Notes: generated by a model from the letters alone, not told the origin. DNA of 64,000 bases from Solilutibacter pythonis (GCF_003697345.1 NZ_RFLY01000010.1:40070-104069), one strand, 5' to 3'; shown: positions 36,001 to 45,668, counted from the first letter of the stretch. Numbers and translations are program-made.

Positions 36001-38327
36001 ATGCCGCACGCATCCTCGGCGCCCTGCTGCCCCTTGAGCGCGGCGCGGGCACACTGATCCACCCGCCGCTGGCGCGTGCGTTGGGCGCCTTGTTCTGGCA
36101 CCACATCGGCGGCGGCCAGCAGCTCTGGCGCGAGCGCATCGTCAATGCGGCGGCGATGCGCCGATTGTTCGGCCGCGATGACGGCTTCAACGAAGCCATC
36201 GACCAGTTGGCCGGCGAAATCGCCGCATTCCTCGACGACCACGGCATCGAACACCAGACAGGCAGCACCCGCCAGAGCGCCGGCTGGCTGGCCGACGAAC
36301 TGGCCGATGGCGAAACCCACCTCGGCTTCAGCCGGCAGTCCGAACAACTCGCGCGGGCATTGACCGCACGCTTGGACAACGCCGGCTCGCTGGCCGCCTT
36401 CCGCCAATCGCTGGCCACACTGGAGAACCCGGGCGAACGCTGGCGGCTGATGCTGCACTGGCTGAACGCCCTCGCCGCGCAGGACGAACACGCCACGCTG
36501 GCGCGCTTCGCACCGGAAGCCGCCGCGCTGAAACTGATCGGCGAGAGCGTGCCCCACCGTATCCACGACGCCGCACTGGAAGCCGAGATCGACGGCCTGC
36601 TCGGGGAACACCCGCGCATCGGCGAAGGCCGGCTGCGTTTGTCCATCGACGAATTCCGCCAGCGCCTCGGCCATCATCGTGAAGCGTTCGTGCCCGCCTT
36701 CCACCGCTACCAGAAACTGCGGCAACAGGTCATCGCCGATCAACGCGAACGCCTGCGTCTGTCCGAATACCAGGCCCGCCCGCTGACGTCGTTCGTGCGC
36801 AACCGGCTGATCAACGACATCTACCTGCCGATCATCGGCGACAACCTGGCCAAGCAGATGGGCACGGCCGGCGAGTCCAAGCGCAGCGACCTGATGGGAC
36901 TGCTGATGCTGATCTCGCCGCCCGGCTACGGCAAGACCACGCTGATGGAATACGTCGCCAACCGTCTGGGCCTGGTCTTCATGAAGATCAACGGCCCGGC
37001 GCTGGGGCACGAGGTGCGCTCGCTCGACCCCGCGCAAGCGCCGGACGCCACCTCACGGCGGGAACTGGAAAAACTCAACTTGGCGCTGGAAATGGGCAAC
37101 AACGTGATGTTGTACGTCGACGACATCCAGCACACCCATCCCGAATTCCTACAGAAATTCATCTCGCTCACCGACGGCACTCGCCGCATCGAGGGCGTCT
37201 GGCGGGGTCGCACCCGTACCTACGACATGCGCGGGCGCAAGTTCGCGGTGGTGATGGCCGGCAACCCCTATACCGAATCCGGCGAAGTGTTCCGCATCCC
37301 CGACATGCTGGCCAACCGCGCCGACATCTACAACCTGGGCGACGTGCTGGACGGCATGGAGGACGCCTTCCTGTCGAGCTATGTCGAAAACAGCCTGACC
37401 TCCAACCCCGTGCTGGCCCCGCTCGCCACCCGCGACCTCAAGGACCTCCACGTACTTGTGGACAAGGCGCTGGGCAAGGAGGTTTCCACCAGCACGCTTT
37501 CCCACGCCTATGGCGCGGCCGAGATCAACGACATCACCGCCACGCTGGAAAAGCTGATCGCGGTGCGGCAGGTGATCTACCGGGTCAACCAGCAATACAT
37601 CGCCAGCGCCGCGCAGGCCGACCAATACCGCACCGAACCCCCGTTCAAGTTGCAGGGCAGCTACCGCAACATGAACAAGCTGGCCGAGAAAATCGCCCCG
37701 GTGATGAACGACGCCGAGTTGCAGCAACTCATCTCCGACCACTACCTCGGCGAATCGCAATTGCTCACCACCGGCGCGGAAGAAAACCTGCTGAAACTGG
37801 GCGAACTGCGCGGCACCCTGGATGCCGGAGAAACCGCGCGCTGGGCGCAGATCAAGGCCGACTTCCTCCGCAACAAGGCGATGGGCGCGGACGATGCCGA
37901 CATCGGCGGCCGCGTGGTGGCGCAACTGGCCGACATCGCCGGCGGGCTGCAAACGCTGAAACCCACATCGCCCGTGCAGACCGAAGCCGCGCCCTGGGCC
38001 GAACTGCTCGCCAGCCTGCACGCCATCGGCCAGCGCGGCGCATCGGACGAGGCCCGGCTCGCCGACCTGCCCGACGCGCTCGCCCGGCGCATCGACCCGC
38101 TGCTGTCCAGCGTGGCCGATGCGCAGACGCGGCAAACCCAGCTCAACGAATCCCTGCTGCGCCTGGCCGACGCCCTGCGCGAAGGGCTGCTGCGCCCGCC
38201 CACCGCCGCACGCCCCGGGAAACCGGCGCCACGCGCCAAGAACCCCGCGCTGGAAAAACTCGACCGCGAACTCGGCAAGGTGAACTTCCAACGCCACCGC
38301 CCCGCGGACAAACCCGACCCGGCATGA
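33045..38327 (+). CDS. very large (1760 aa) hypothetical protein with a single AAA+ (MoxR/dynein-related AAA_5-like) ATPase module near residue ~1290
   Basis: Walker A …LISPPGYGKTTLMEY… (nt ~36924), Walker B …VMLYVDDIQ…, and an AAA_5-like sensor …FAVVMAGNPYTESGEVFRIPDMLANRADIY…. The ~1250-aa N-terminal region and the ~300-aa Ala/Leu-rich C-terminal region have no motif I recognise. 72 bp downstream of the flotillin gene. Confidence 0.8.
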   Translation: MTDFPAEHAPTPTVDQAVAEGGAYEVLKKRLETQGERLRQTAETLNQERLAEFGDSRMALAGRFRIRSENNCVGRDIVQVGDLLLFGFNVFIGLKTATTLHDVFGLYRLVDTDQGHDVEPVDFAGTFLSEPTFVRDFDELYAYYKHARLLQLVVREGKLLAAFQIGERSTDMRVFRWSIAASGEVSYIDARGERDIALPAPFDFEWRRAGREMEVSGRFPHLNILDTLFVDTTGGDLTIKIENNTETGKGIFAEPVEDTTQSIDDARIEFAHVGSLILLKVLPYRESEWRGLVYNTLTRKVTRIDAIVQACVQLPEDHGIIFPGGSYLQNGEYKAFDATMRGMQFKRAIRSPNGEDVLYVFYERESGLAALFVYNLIQRGLQNPVFAHGYARLPDGRMVLFHAENNEPTRVHQMQLWLTPFASDEYAAATPPGNSFMGRLGNAELVRGISNLYDLARAIDAPEVSAQRYLLLTEQTRRLFDQHHWIDDTHCHGLSSLLHEISATGESVLDEFEKVESIRAQSDAAMSEAHAEQRRLLGRLQPDSWSRVEEFVEALNAITTQRGHLLTIREYRYIDTAAIDRMAGELREAHARIGTATGEFLAGDKALAPLNDRLQQLDAAAQKADTARLLGEEVQAMNAMSTDLNMLSELMASLKVDDANQRARVVEAISGLYARLNQARARAEQKHRTLGASEAVAQFGAQFALFGQSIASALGMANSPERADEQLSRLMVQLEELEGQFGEHEQFLGDILAKREELLETFETHKQALLDERQRKAQSVLDAANRILDGLAKRTERFDAPDALNAFFATDPLVLKLRELSERLRELKDPVKADDVEARLKSTRDQAVRVLRDRNDLFEDGGNVIRMGRHRFNVNPQPLDLTVLPRGEHLAVHLTGTDYMQPLEDDALDALRPFWHVTLDSESPEVYRGEYLAAEIMAAARAGRDGLDDERLLQAAAAPDELAALVREFAAPRYREGYEKGIHDHDAARILGALLPLERGAGTLIHPPLARALGALFWHHIGGGQQLWRERIVNAAAMRRLFGRDDGFNEAIDQLAGEIAAFLDDHGIEHQTGSTRQSAGWLADELADGETHLGFSRQSEQLARALTARLDNAGSLAAFRQSLATLENPGERWRLMLHWLNALAAQDEHATLARFAPEAAALKLIGESVPHRIHDAALEAEIDGLLGEHPRIGEGRLRLSIDEFRQRLGHHREAFVPAFHRYQKLRQQVIADQRERLRLSEYQARPLTSFVRNRLINDIYLPIIGDNLAKQMGTAGESKRSDLMGLLMLISPPGYGKTTLMEYVANRLGLVFMKINGPALGHEVRSLDPAQAPDATSRRELEKLNLALEMGNNVMLYVDDIQHTHPEFLQKFISLTDGTRRIEGVWRGRTRTYDMRGRKFAVVMAGNPYTESGEVFRIPDMLANRADIYNLGDVLDGMEDAFLSSYVENSLTSNPVLAPLATRDLKDLHVLVDKALGKEVSTSTLSHAYGAAEINDITATLEKLIAVRQVIYRVNQQYIASAAQADQYRTEPPFKLQGSYRNMNKLAEKIAPVMNDAELQQLISDHYLGESQLLTTGAEENLLKLGELRGTLDAGETARWAQIKADFLRNKAMGADDADIGGRVVAQLADIAGGLQTLKPTSPVQTEAAPWAELLASLHAIGQRGASDEARLADLPDALARRIDPLLSSVADAQTRQTQLNESLLRLADALREGLLRPPTAARPGKPAPRAKNPALEKLDRELGKVNFQRHRPADKPDPA

Positions 38328-38962
38328 CCACCGCCCAGGCCGAATCGCTGCTCGAACGCGCCCGCCAAGTGCGAGCCGCCCAGGCCGCGTTCATCGCCGG
38401 GCCGTCGCCGACGGCGCGCATCATCGCCCTGTTCGACGACATCCGGCTGGCCTTCATCGCCACCGACAAAGTGGCGCTCGGCCGCCGCGCCGGCTGGCTG
38501 GGCAGGCTGCTCGGGCGCGACATCGACATCCAGGCCGAAGCCGAACTGCTGCGTGCGCAGGGGCCGCTGCTGGTGCATCGTGCCGACGAACTGGCGCGGG
38601 AATGGGACTCGCACTTGTCCCGGCTGGAAGCGCAATGCGATGCCGTGACCGCCATGCAAAGCGAGCTGGACACCGCCCTGGGCCAGACGCAAACCGCCGC
38701 CGCCGACGCCATCCGGCAACGCCTGCAACAAATGCGCCTGCTGTTCGACCTGAGCGCCGCGCAAAACACCGCCCTGCGCGCGCGGCACCGACAACTCGGC
38801 CGCCGCTTCGCCGCCATCCGCGCCGGCCTGTTGCCCATGCTGGCGCAAACCGGCATTGTGGACGCCGCCCACCGCGACCAGCGCCTGTATGCCGATGCCA
38901 ACGACGCACTCCAATCGCTGGAACGACGCCTCACCGACACCGCCAACGGGAACACGCCATGA
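38324..38962 (+). CDS. hypothetical helical protein (212 aa)
   Basis: ATG overlaps the stop of the 1760-aa ORF (ATGA). Ala/Arg/Leu-rich predicted helical or coiled-coil protein with no recognisable motif. Confidence 0.6.
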   Translation: MTTAQAESLLERARQVRAAQAAFIAGPSPTARIIALFDDIRLAFIATDKVALGRRAGWLGRLLGRDIDIQAEAELLRAQGPLLVHRADELAREWDSHLSRLEAQCDAVTAMQSELDTALGQTQTAAADAIRQRLQQMRLLFDLSAAQNTALRARHRQLGRRFAAIRAGLLPMLAQTGIVDAAHRDQRLYADANDALQSLERRLTDTANGNTP

Positions 38963-40044
38963 ACCAGGGACAAGACCTCGCCACCTTGCCAGACCATAAG
39001 TCGCTGAAGCAACTGGGCCTCACCGAAGCCGACCTGCCACGCATCGCCGAAGCCGCCAAGCCCCTGGCCGACATCAGGCCCGCCAACCTGCACCGCTACG
39101 GCGGCGAAGCGGCCACCCGCACCACCGGTTTCTCCACCCGCTTGCTCGACAAGGTGCGCAACACCGATCTGGACGCCTCCGGCGACAAGCTGGGCGAAGT
39201 GGTCAAGATCGCCCGCGGCCTGAACCTGGACGCCTTCGCCAACCGCTCCAAACTCCCGATCATCGGCCCCCTGATCGACAAGCTGAAGGCCAGCCGAGAC
39301 GATCTGATCCAGAAATACAGCACCACCAACGCGCAGATCGACCAACTGATGCGCGAGGTCGGCCAGACCCAGGCAAGGCAGTCGGAACGCGTGCGCGAAT
39401 ACGAGCAGATGCACGAGATCGTCCGCGAGGAGCACCGCGAACTTGGCATCCACGTCGCCGCCGGCCGCCAACGGCTGACGGAACTCCATGCCGAACTCTC
39501 GGCCCTCGACGGACAGGACGACCCCGAATCGCGGATGCGCCGCGGCGAGCTTGATACCGCCCTGCGCGTGCTGGACAAGCGCGTCTCCGACCTGCATCTG
39601 CTACAGCACGCCACCGAACAAACCCTGCCGATGATCCGGCTGATCCAGGCCAACGCCCTCCAGTTGATCGAGAAATTCGGCGCGGTGCGCGACATCACCC
39701 TACCGATGTGGCGCAACCAGTTCGCCATCCAGCTATCGCTGGCCGACCAGAAGAACGCCGTGCGACTGGCCGACGCCATCGACGAAGCCAGCAACGAGCT
39801 GATGCGCCGCAATGCCGAACTGATGCACCAGACCTCGGTGGACACGGCCCGCGCCAACCAGCGCGGCGTGCTCGACATCGAAACATTGCGCATGGTCAAC
39901 GACAAGCTGATCCAGACCGTGGAGGAAGTCCGCCAGATCCACCGCGAGGGCATGGCCCAGCGCCGCCAGGCCAGCGAAGAGATCGACCGCATGCGCGAGG
40001 ACGTGCAAAAACGCCTGGCCGCCACCGCCGCCGATCCGGCCTGA
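38959..40044 (+). CDS. TelA-like toxic anion resistance family protein (361 aa)
   Basis: …LHRYGGEAATRTTGFSTRLLDKVRNTDLDASGDKLGEVVKIARGLNLDAF… matches the conserved TelA/KlaB N-terminal block as I remember it. The remainder is a long coiled coil. ATG overlaps the upstream stop (ATGA). Confidence 0.65.
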   Translation: MNQGQDLATLPDHKSLKQLGLTEADLPRIAEAAKPLADIRPANLHRYGGEAATRTTGFSTRLLDKVRNTDLDASGDKLGEVVKIARGLNLDAFANRSKLPIIGPLIDKLKASRDDLIQKYSTTNAQIDQLMREVGQTQARQSERVREYEQMHEIVREEHRELGIHVAAGRQRLTELHAELSALDGQDDPESRMRRGELDTALRVLDKRVSDLHLLQHATEQTLPMIRLIQANALQLIEKFGAVRDITLPMWRNQFAIQLSLADQKNAVRLADAIDEASNELMRRNAELMHQTSVDTARANQRGVLDIETLRMVNDKLIQTVEEVRQIHREGMAQRRQASEEIDRMREDVQKRLAATAADPA

Positions 40045-40155
40045 GCGCGGCCGCCGGCCCGGCATGGCGGCACGTCCCGCCTCCGCCGTATGGGGGCGTC
40101 GCCCCCCATCCGCTAAAATCCATCCTCACTCCAAGCGCCGCAGGTTCCATCGCGC

Positions 40156-41109
<954 letters not shown>

Positions 41110-41116
41110 GGCGCGC

Positions 41117-41857
41117 ATGTCACCGTTCATCATCTTCTCGCTGCTGCTGCAAATCGCCTGCGCGGTGCATGTGGTGCGCAGCGGACGGCCGCTGTACTGG
41201 ATCTTCATCATCCTGATCGGCTCCTTTATCGGCATGGCGATCTATTTCCTGGCCGAAGTACTGCCGGAACTGCGCGACACCCGCGGCGGCCAGCGGACGA
41301 TCAGGCGCGTCAGGGACCGCATCGACCCCGACCGCCACAAGCGCCAGGCGAGCCGGCAATTGGACCTGGCCGACACCCCCGCCAACCGCAAACGGCTGGC
41401 CGAAGAAAGCCTGGCCCGTGGCGACTTCCTCATGGCCGAAAGCCAATTTCGCACCGCCATGCAGGGGCTGTACCAGACCGATCCCGACCTGATGCTGGGC
41501 CTGGCCCAGGCGCAATTCGGGCTTGACCAGCCGCGCGCCGCGCGCGAAACGCTGGATCGGCTGATCACCGCCAACCCCGATTTCCGCTCGCACGAAGGGC
41601 ATCTGCTTTACGCCCGCGCGGTGGAAGCCTGTGGCGAGCACACCGCCGCCCTGCACGAATACGAAGCCCTGGTGCAAGGCTTCCCCGGCGAGGAAGCACG
41701 CATCCGCCAAGCCCAACTGCTGGAAAAGATGGGCCACGACGCCCAGGCACAAGCGCTCTATGCCGAAACCCTAAAACGCGCCGACCTGCTGCCCGCCTAT
41801 TACCGGCGCGAACAGAAACCGTGGATCGCCATCGCCCGGCAACGCCACGAGGGGTGA
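41117..41857 (+). CDS. membrane-anchored TPR-like repeat protein
   Basis: Two N-terminal TM helices, then TPR-like helical repeats (…AESQFRTAMQGLYQTDPDLMLGLAQAQF…). Overlaps the tilS ORF start by ~37 nt. Confidence 0.6.
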   Translation: MSPFIIFSLLLQIACAVHVVRSGRPLYWIFIILIGSFIGMAIYFLAEVLPELRDTRGGQRTIRRVRDRIDPDRHKRQASRQLDLADTPANRKRLAEESLARGDFLMAESQFRTAMQGLYQTDPDLMLGLAQAQFGLDQPRAARETLDRLITANPDFRSHEGHLLYARAVEACGEHTAALHEYEALVQGFPGEEARIRQAQLLEKMGHDAQAQALYAETLKRADLLPAYYRREQKPWIAIARQRHEG

Positions 41858-43155
41858 GGCGGCGCACCGCCAACGCCCTCGACGCGGCCATCGCCGCGCT
41901 GCCCGGCGCGCCCGCCGGCCTGTTGGTAGGCTTCAGCGGCGGGCTGGATTCCAACGTGCTGCTGCACGCGCTGGCGCGCACGTACAAGGAAGCGGTGCGC
42001 GCGATCCACGTCCACCACGGATTGCAGCCGGAAGCCGATGCCTGGGCCGCCCATTGCCAGCGCATATGCGCCGAGCTGAAAGTGCCCTTGGTCGTCGCCC
42101 GCGTCCAAGTGAACGATCACGGCCACGGCCCGGAGGCCGCCGCGCGCCATGCGCGCCACAGCGCCTTTACCGCCCATCTGCGCCCCGGCGAGACACTGGC
42201 CCTGGCGCACCACCGCGACGACCAGGCCGAAACCTTCATGCTCCGCGCCCTGCGCGGCTCCGGGCCGGACGGGCTTGCCGCGATGCGCGAATGGCGAAAC
42301 TTTCACCACGGCCACCTGTGGCGACCGCTGCTACCGCTTCCCCGCGCATGGCTGCTGGAATATGCCCACGCGCATGGCCTGCGCTGGATCGAAGACCCGA
42401 GCAACGCCCACACCGACCTCGACCGCAACTGGCTGCGCCACGAAGTGATGCCGAAACTCGCCGCGCGCTGGCCGCAAGCGGCCGCCGGCTTCGCTCGCGC
42501 CGCCGCCCTGCAAGCCGAAGCCGTGACCATGCTTCAAGCCGACGAAACCGAAGCCGGTTTCACCCCCGGCGCGCCTCTCGCGCTGGCGCCCCTTCGCGTA
42601 TTACCGGTGGGCCGGGACGCGCGCCGCTTCCGTACCTGGTGCGAAGCGAACGGCCTACCGCCGCCACCGGCGCGCGGCATCGACTGGCTGCGGGCCGAGC
42701 TGGCGAAACCCACCGACGATGGCGCCGCCGAGCTGCACTGGGGCGGCGCGTGTATTCGGCGTTGGCGCGATGGCCTGTGGGTCGATGCCGGCCTCGCCGC
42801 CCTGCCGCAAGGCTTCAGCATCGATTGGGATGGCCATGCGCCACTGGCATTGCCCAACGGCATCGTCTGGCGGCTGCACGGCGTCCCCGGCTTCGACGCC
42901 CCGCTGCGCGCCGCCGCGCGCAGCGGCGGCGAGCGCATCCACCTGCCGCGCCGCGCGCACCGCCACCAGCTCAAGCACGTGCTGCAAGAAGCCGGCATGC
43001 CGCCATGGCGGCGGCGCGCGCTGCCCTTGCTATGGAATACGGCCGGCGAACTGCTGGCCGCCGGCGACGTCCATTCCGCCCCCCTGGCCACATGGCTGGC
43101 CCAGAACCACGCCCGGTTGCAACTGGAATGGCCCGTCCCCCCGGCCCGCAATTGA
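41821..43155 (+). CDS. tilS: tRNA(Ile)-lysidine synthetase
   Basis: …[18 protein letters not shown]… is the PP-loop SGGxDS motif. Exact start is uncertain. Confidence 0.8.
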   Translation: MDRHRPATPRGVRRRTANALDAAIAALPGAPAGLLVGFSGGLDSNVLLHALARTYKEAVRAIHVHHGLQPEADAWAAHCQRICAELKVPLVVARVQVNDHGHGPEAAARHARHSAFTAHLRPGETLALAHHRDDQAETFMLRALRGSGPDGLAAMREWRNFHHGHLWRPLLPLPRAWLLEYAHAHGLRWIEDPSNAHTDLDRNWLRHEVMPKLAARWPQAAAGFARAAALQAEAVTMLQADETEAGFTPGAPLALAPLRVLPVGRDARRFRTWCEANGLPPPPARGIDWLRAELAKPTDDGAAELHWGGACIRRWRDGLWVDAGLAALPQGFSIDWDGHAPLALPNGIVWRLHGVPGFDAPLRAAARSGGERIHLPRRAHRHQLKHVLQEAGMPPWRRRALPLLWNTAGELLAAGDVHSAPLATWLAQNHARLQLEWPVPPARN

Positions 43156-43186
43156 CCCTGCCGTCCCCGCCGCGCACACTTCGCCC

Positions 43187-43447
43187 ATGGCACGCAAAGC
43201 ATCCGAAAAGCCACCGGCCTCCCCGGTCGCCGATTTCGAACACTCGCTGGACGAACTCGAACAACTGGTCGAGCGAATGGAGACCGGCGAGCTGTCGCTG
43301 GAAGAATCGCTCACCGCCTACGAGCGCGGCGTCGGCCTGTACCGGAAATGCCAAAGCGCCCTGGAAGAGGCCGAACTACGCGTGCGACTGCTCTCCGACC
43401 CGCAAGACCCCGCCAGCGCCGAAACCTTCCAAGACACCGATGAGTGA
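43187..43447 (+). CDS. xseB: exodeoxyribonuclease VII small subunit
   Basis: …[50 protein letters not shown]… is the canonical XseB sequence. Confidence 0.9.
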   Translation: MARKASEKPPASPVADFEHSLDELEQLVERMETGELSLEESLTAYERGVGLYRKCQSALEEAELRVRLLSDPQDPASAETFQDTDE

Positions 43448-44330
43448 GCCTGCCGATGTCCACGCCCGCCTCGCCGGCTGGCGTGCGCGGGCCGAGGCCG
43501 CGCTCGAACGCATCCTGCCCTCGCCCGACGATTCGCCGCAACGCCTGCATGCCGCCATGCGCCATGCCGCGCTCAATGGCGGCAAGCGTATCCGGCCGCT
43601 GCTGGCCTACGCCACCGGCCACGCGCTCGGCGTCAACGACGACGCCCTCGACGATGCCGCGCTCGCGGTCGAACTGATCCACTGTTATTCGCTGGTCCAC
43701 GACGACCTGCCGGCCATGGACGACGACACCCTACGCCGTGGCCAGCCCACCGTGCACGTCGCCTACGACGAGGCCACCGCGATCCTCGCCGGCGATGCGC
43801 TGCAAGCATTGGCCTTCGCCCGCATCGCCGAGGCGCCGCTCGCCGCCGATGTCCGCATCGCCATGCTGCGCGCGCTGGCCCACGCCAGCGGCCACGCCGG
43901 CATGTGCGGCGGCCAGGCGCTGGACATCGACGCCACCGGCCAGCGCATCGACATCGGACAACTGCAAGACCTGCACGCACGCAAGACCGGCGCGCTGCTA
44001 CGCGCCTCGGTGCGGCTGGGCGCGCTGGCCGCGAACGCCAGCCCGGCGCAAACGAACGCGCTCGAACGCTACGCCCGCGCGCTCGGCCTGGCCTTCCAGA
44101 TCAAGGACGACCTGCTCGATATCGAAGGCGACAGCGCCACGCTCGGCAAGACCCCCGGCAAGGACATCCAGCAGGACAAGGCGACCTTCCCCGCGTTGAT
44201 CGGCGTCGAGGCATCGCGACGGCGGCTGGACGAACTGACGCGGGCGATGCGCGCCGCCCTGGCCGAACTCGACGCCGATACCCGCCTGCTGGCCGAACTG
44301 GCGCGGCAAGTGGTGGAACGCGACCGCTGA
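43440..44330 (+). CDS. ispA: farnesyl diphosphate synthase
   Basis: …[23 protein letters not shown]… (first DDxxD) and …FQIKDDLLD… (second DDxxD). The ATG overlaps the xseB stop. Confidence 0.9.
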   Translation: MSEPADVHARLAGWRARAEAALERILPSPDDSPQRLHAAMRHAALNGGKRIRPLLAYATGHALGVNDDALDDAALAVELIHCYSLVHDDLPAMDDDTLRRGQPTVHVAYDEATAILAGDALQALAFARIAEAPLAADVRIAMLRALAHASGHAGMCGGQALDIDATGQRIDIGQLQDLHARKTGALLRASVRLGALAANASPAQTNALERYARALGLAFQIKDDLLDIEGDSATLGKTPGKDIQQDKATFPALIGVEASRRRLDELTRAMRAALAELDADTRLLAELARQVVERDR

Positions 44331-44345
44331 GCGCGGCCGCGCGTC

Positions 44346-44798
44346 TCACCTCAACAGACGGATACTCAGCGGATAACGGTAGCTTTCGCCTTCCCAGGCC
44401 TTGAGCGCGGCGATCACCGTGAACACCAGCCAGGCCACCGCCAGGGCCACCATCACCCACAAAAGCAACAGCCCGGCCGACAACGTCACCAACGCGCCGA
44501 ACCCGAGCGTGATGACCGTACCGCCAATCGACAGGAAGCCGGTCAGCACCGCCGCGCCGGCGTACAAGCACATGCTGAGATTGAAGTTGAACGCCTCTTT
44601 GGCATGCGCGCTGGCGAAAGACCAACGCTCGCGCACCAGGAACCAGACCAGCAGCGCCGCCGCCGCGCCGGCGACGCCGGCAAACCAACTGGTGGCGAAA
44701 GCCGCGATCAACGCGCCGACGTGCGCGCCCAGCGCCCACAGACGCGCTTCCTGGCTCGGTGGCGAGCCGGTGGCGGCGCTGTTTTCGAACGTATCCAT
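44346..44798 (-). CDS. small integral membrane protein (DUF4870-like), paralog 1
   Basis: Three or four TM helices. Conserved C-terminal motif …KAWEGESYRYPLSIRLLR, shared with the adjacent paralog. Confidence 0.6.
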   Translation of the reverse strand: MDTFENSAATGSPPSQEARLWALGAHVGALIAAFATSWFAGVAGAAAALLVWFLVRERWSFASAHAKEAFNFNLSMCLYAGAAVLTGFLSIGGTVITLGFGALVTLSAGLLLLWVMVALAVAWLVFTVIAALKAWEGESYRYPLSIRLLR

Positions 44799-44930
44799 GC
44801 GACGACTCCGAATGACGGGCCCATGAATATCGGAGCCATCACCCCCCATCGCAAGTGAACTGAAATCATGCCGCGAGGTGCCGTGGACGCCCGGCGAAAG
44901 CCGCCAGGCGCCACGGCGAACGCTCCGGGC

Positions 44931-45296
44931 TTACTTGATGAGCCGCAGCGTGAAGGGGTAGCGATAGCTCACTCCCTCGCTGGCCTTGATGCCGGCAATG
45001 ACGGTGAATACCAACGCCACCACGCCAACGACCGGCAGCAGGAAAAAACCGATGCCCACGAACAACAACAGGAAGGAAACGGCCAGGGCGATCACCACGG
45101 TGATCTGGAAATTGAGCGACTCCCTGCCCTGGTCATCGACGAACGGCATGGTGTCCTTCTTGGCCTGCCACACCACCAACGGGCCGATCACGTTACCGAC
45201 GACAGGAATCAATAGGCCGGCGAGCGCGGCCAAGTGGGCGAACATGCCCCACTGACGCGCTTCCTGGTCGATGGCTGGGATCATGGGGTCGTTCAT
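44931..45296 (-). CDS. small integral membrane protein (DUF4870-like), paralog 2
   Basis: Same topology and C-terminal motif …KASEGVSYRYPFTLRLIK. Start MNDPMIPAIDQEA…. Confidence 0.6.
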   Translation of the reverse strand: MNDPMIPAIDQEARQWGMFAHLAALAGLLIPVVGNVIGPLVVWQAKKDTMPFVDDQGRESLNFQITVVIALAVSFLLLFVGIGFFLLPVVGVVALVFTVIAGIKASEGVSYRYPFTLRLIK

Positions 45297-45404
45297 GGCT
45301 TCACTTCGTCGAAAGTTGGTGATGCTCGCGACTCTATCGCGAACGCATGACATCCGACACCCATGCGCCCACGTCCGGCACACCGGGACGATGACGGCGA
45401 AACA

Positions 45405-45668
45405 CCTACCCTCTCATCCGCCAGCGCGATCGATAAGCTTCAGCACACGACCACCGTCATCGCACCCACCAGAATCGACGGCCGCGAAGCGCCTACCCTC
45501 TCAATCCGCCGGCGCGATCGATAAGCTTCAGCGCCCGGCCACCGTCATCCCATCCACCAGGATCGACGGCCGCGAAGCGCCCGCCATCTCACCCGCCAGC
45601 GCGATCGATAAGCTTCAGCGCCCGGCCACCGTCATCCCGCCCACCAGGATCGACCCGGTACGCACGTG
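45405..45668. repeat. three tandem copies of an ~88-bp direct repeat spanning the pmbA 3' end
   Basis: The core gcgatcgataagcttcagc recurs at ~45426, 45514 and 45601. Each unit also carries a degenerate copy of the last ~14 codons plus stop of pmbA (reverse complement of ccaccgtcatc…accag[g/a]atcgac). Confidence 0.8.

Noticed and set aside
35523-37037. 504-aa minus-strand ORF inside the large ATPase gene
   Set aside because: It is antisense to the 1760-aa CDS, whose frame carries coherent Walker A and B motifs. The minus-strand ORF is low-complexity.
45405-45668. Possible CRISPR array
   Set aside because: Only three ~88-bp units, with no unique spacers and no cas genes. The units are degenerate copies of the pmbA 3' terminus, so this is a tandem duplication, not a CRISPR array.
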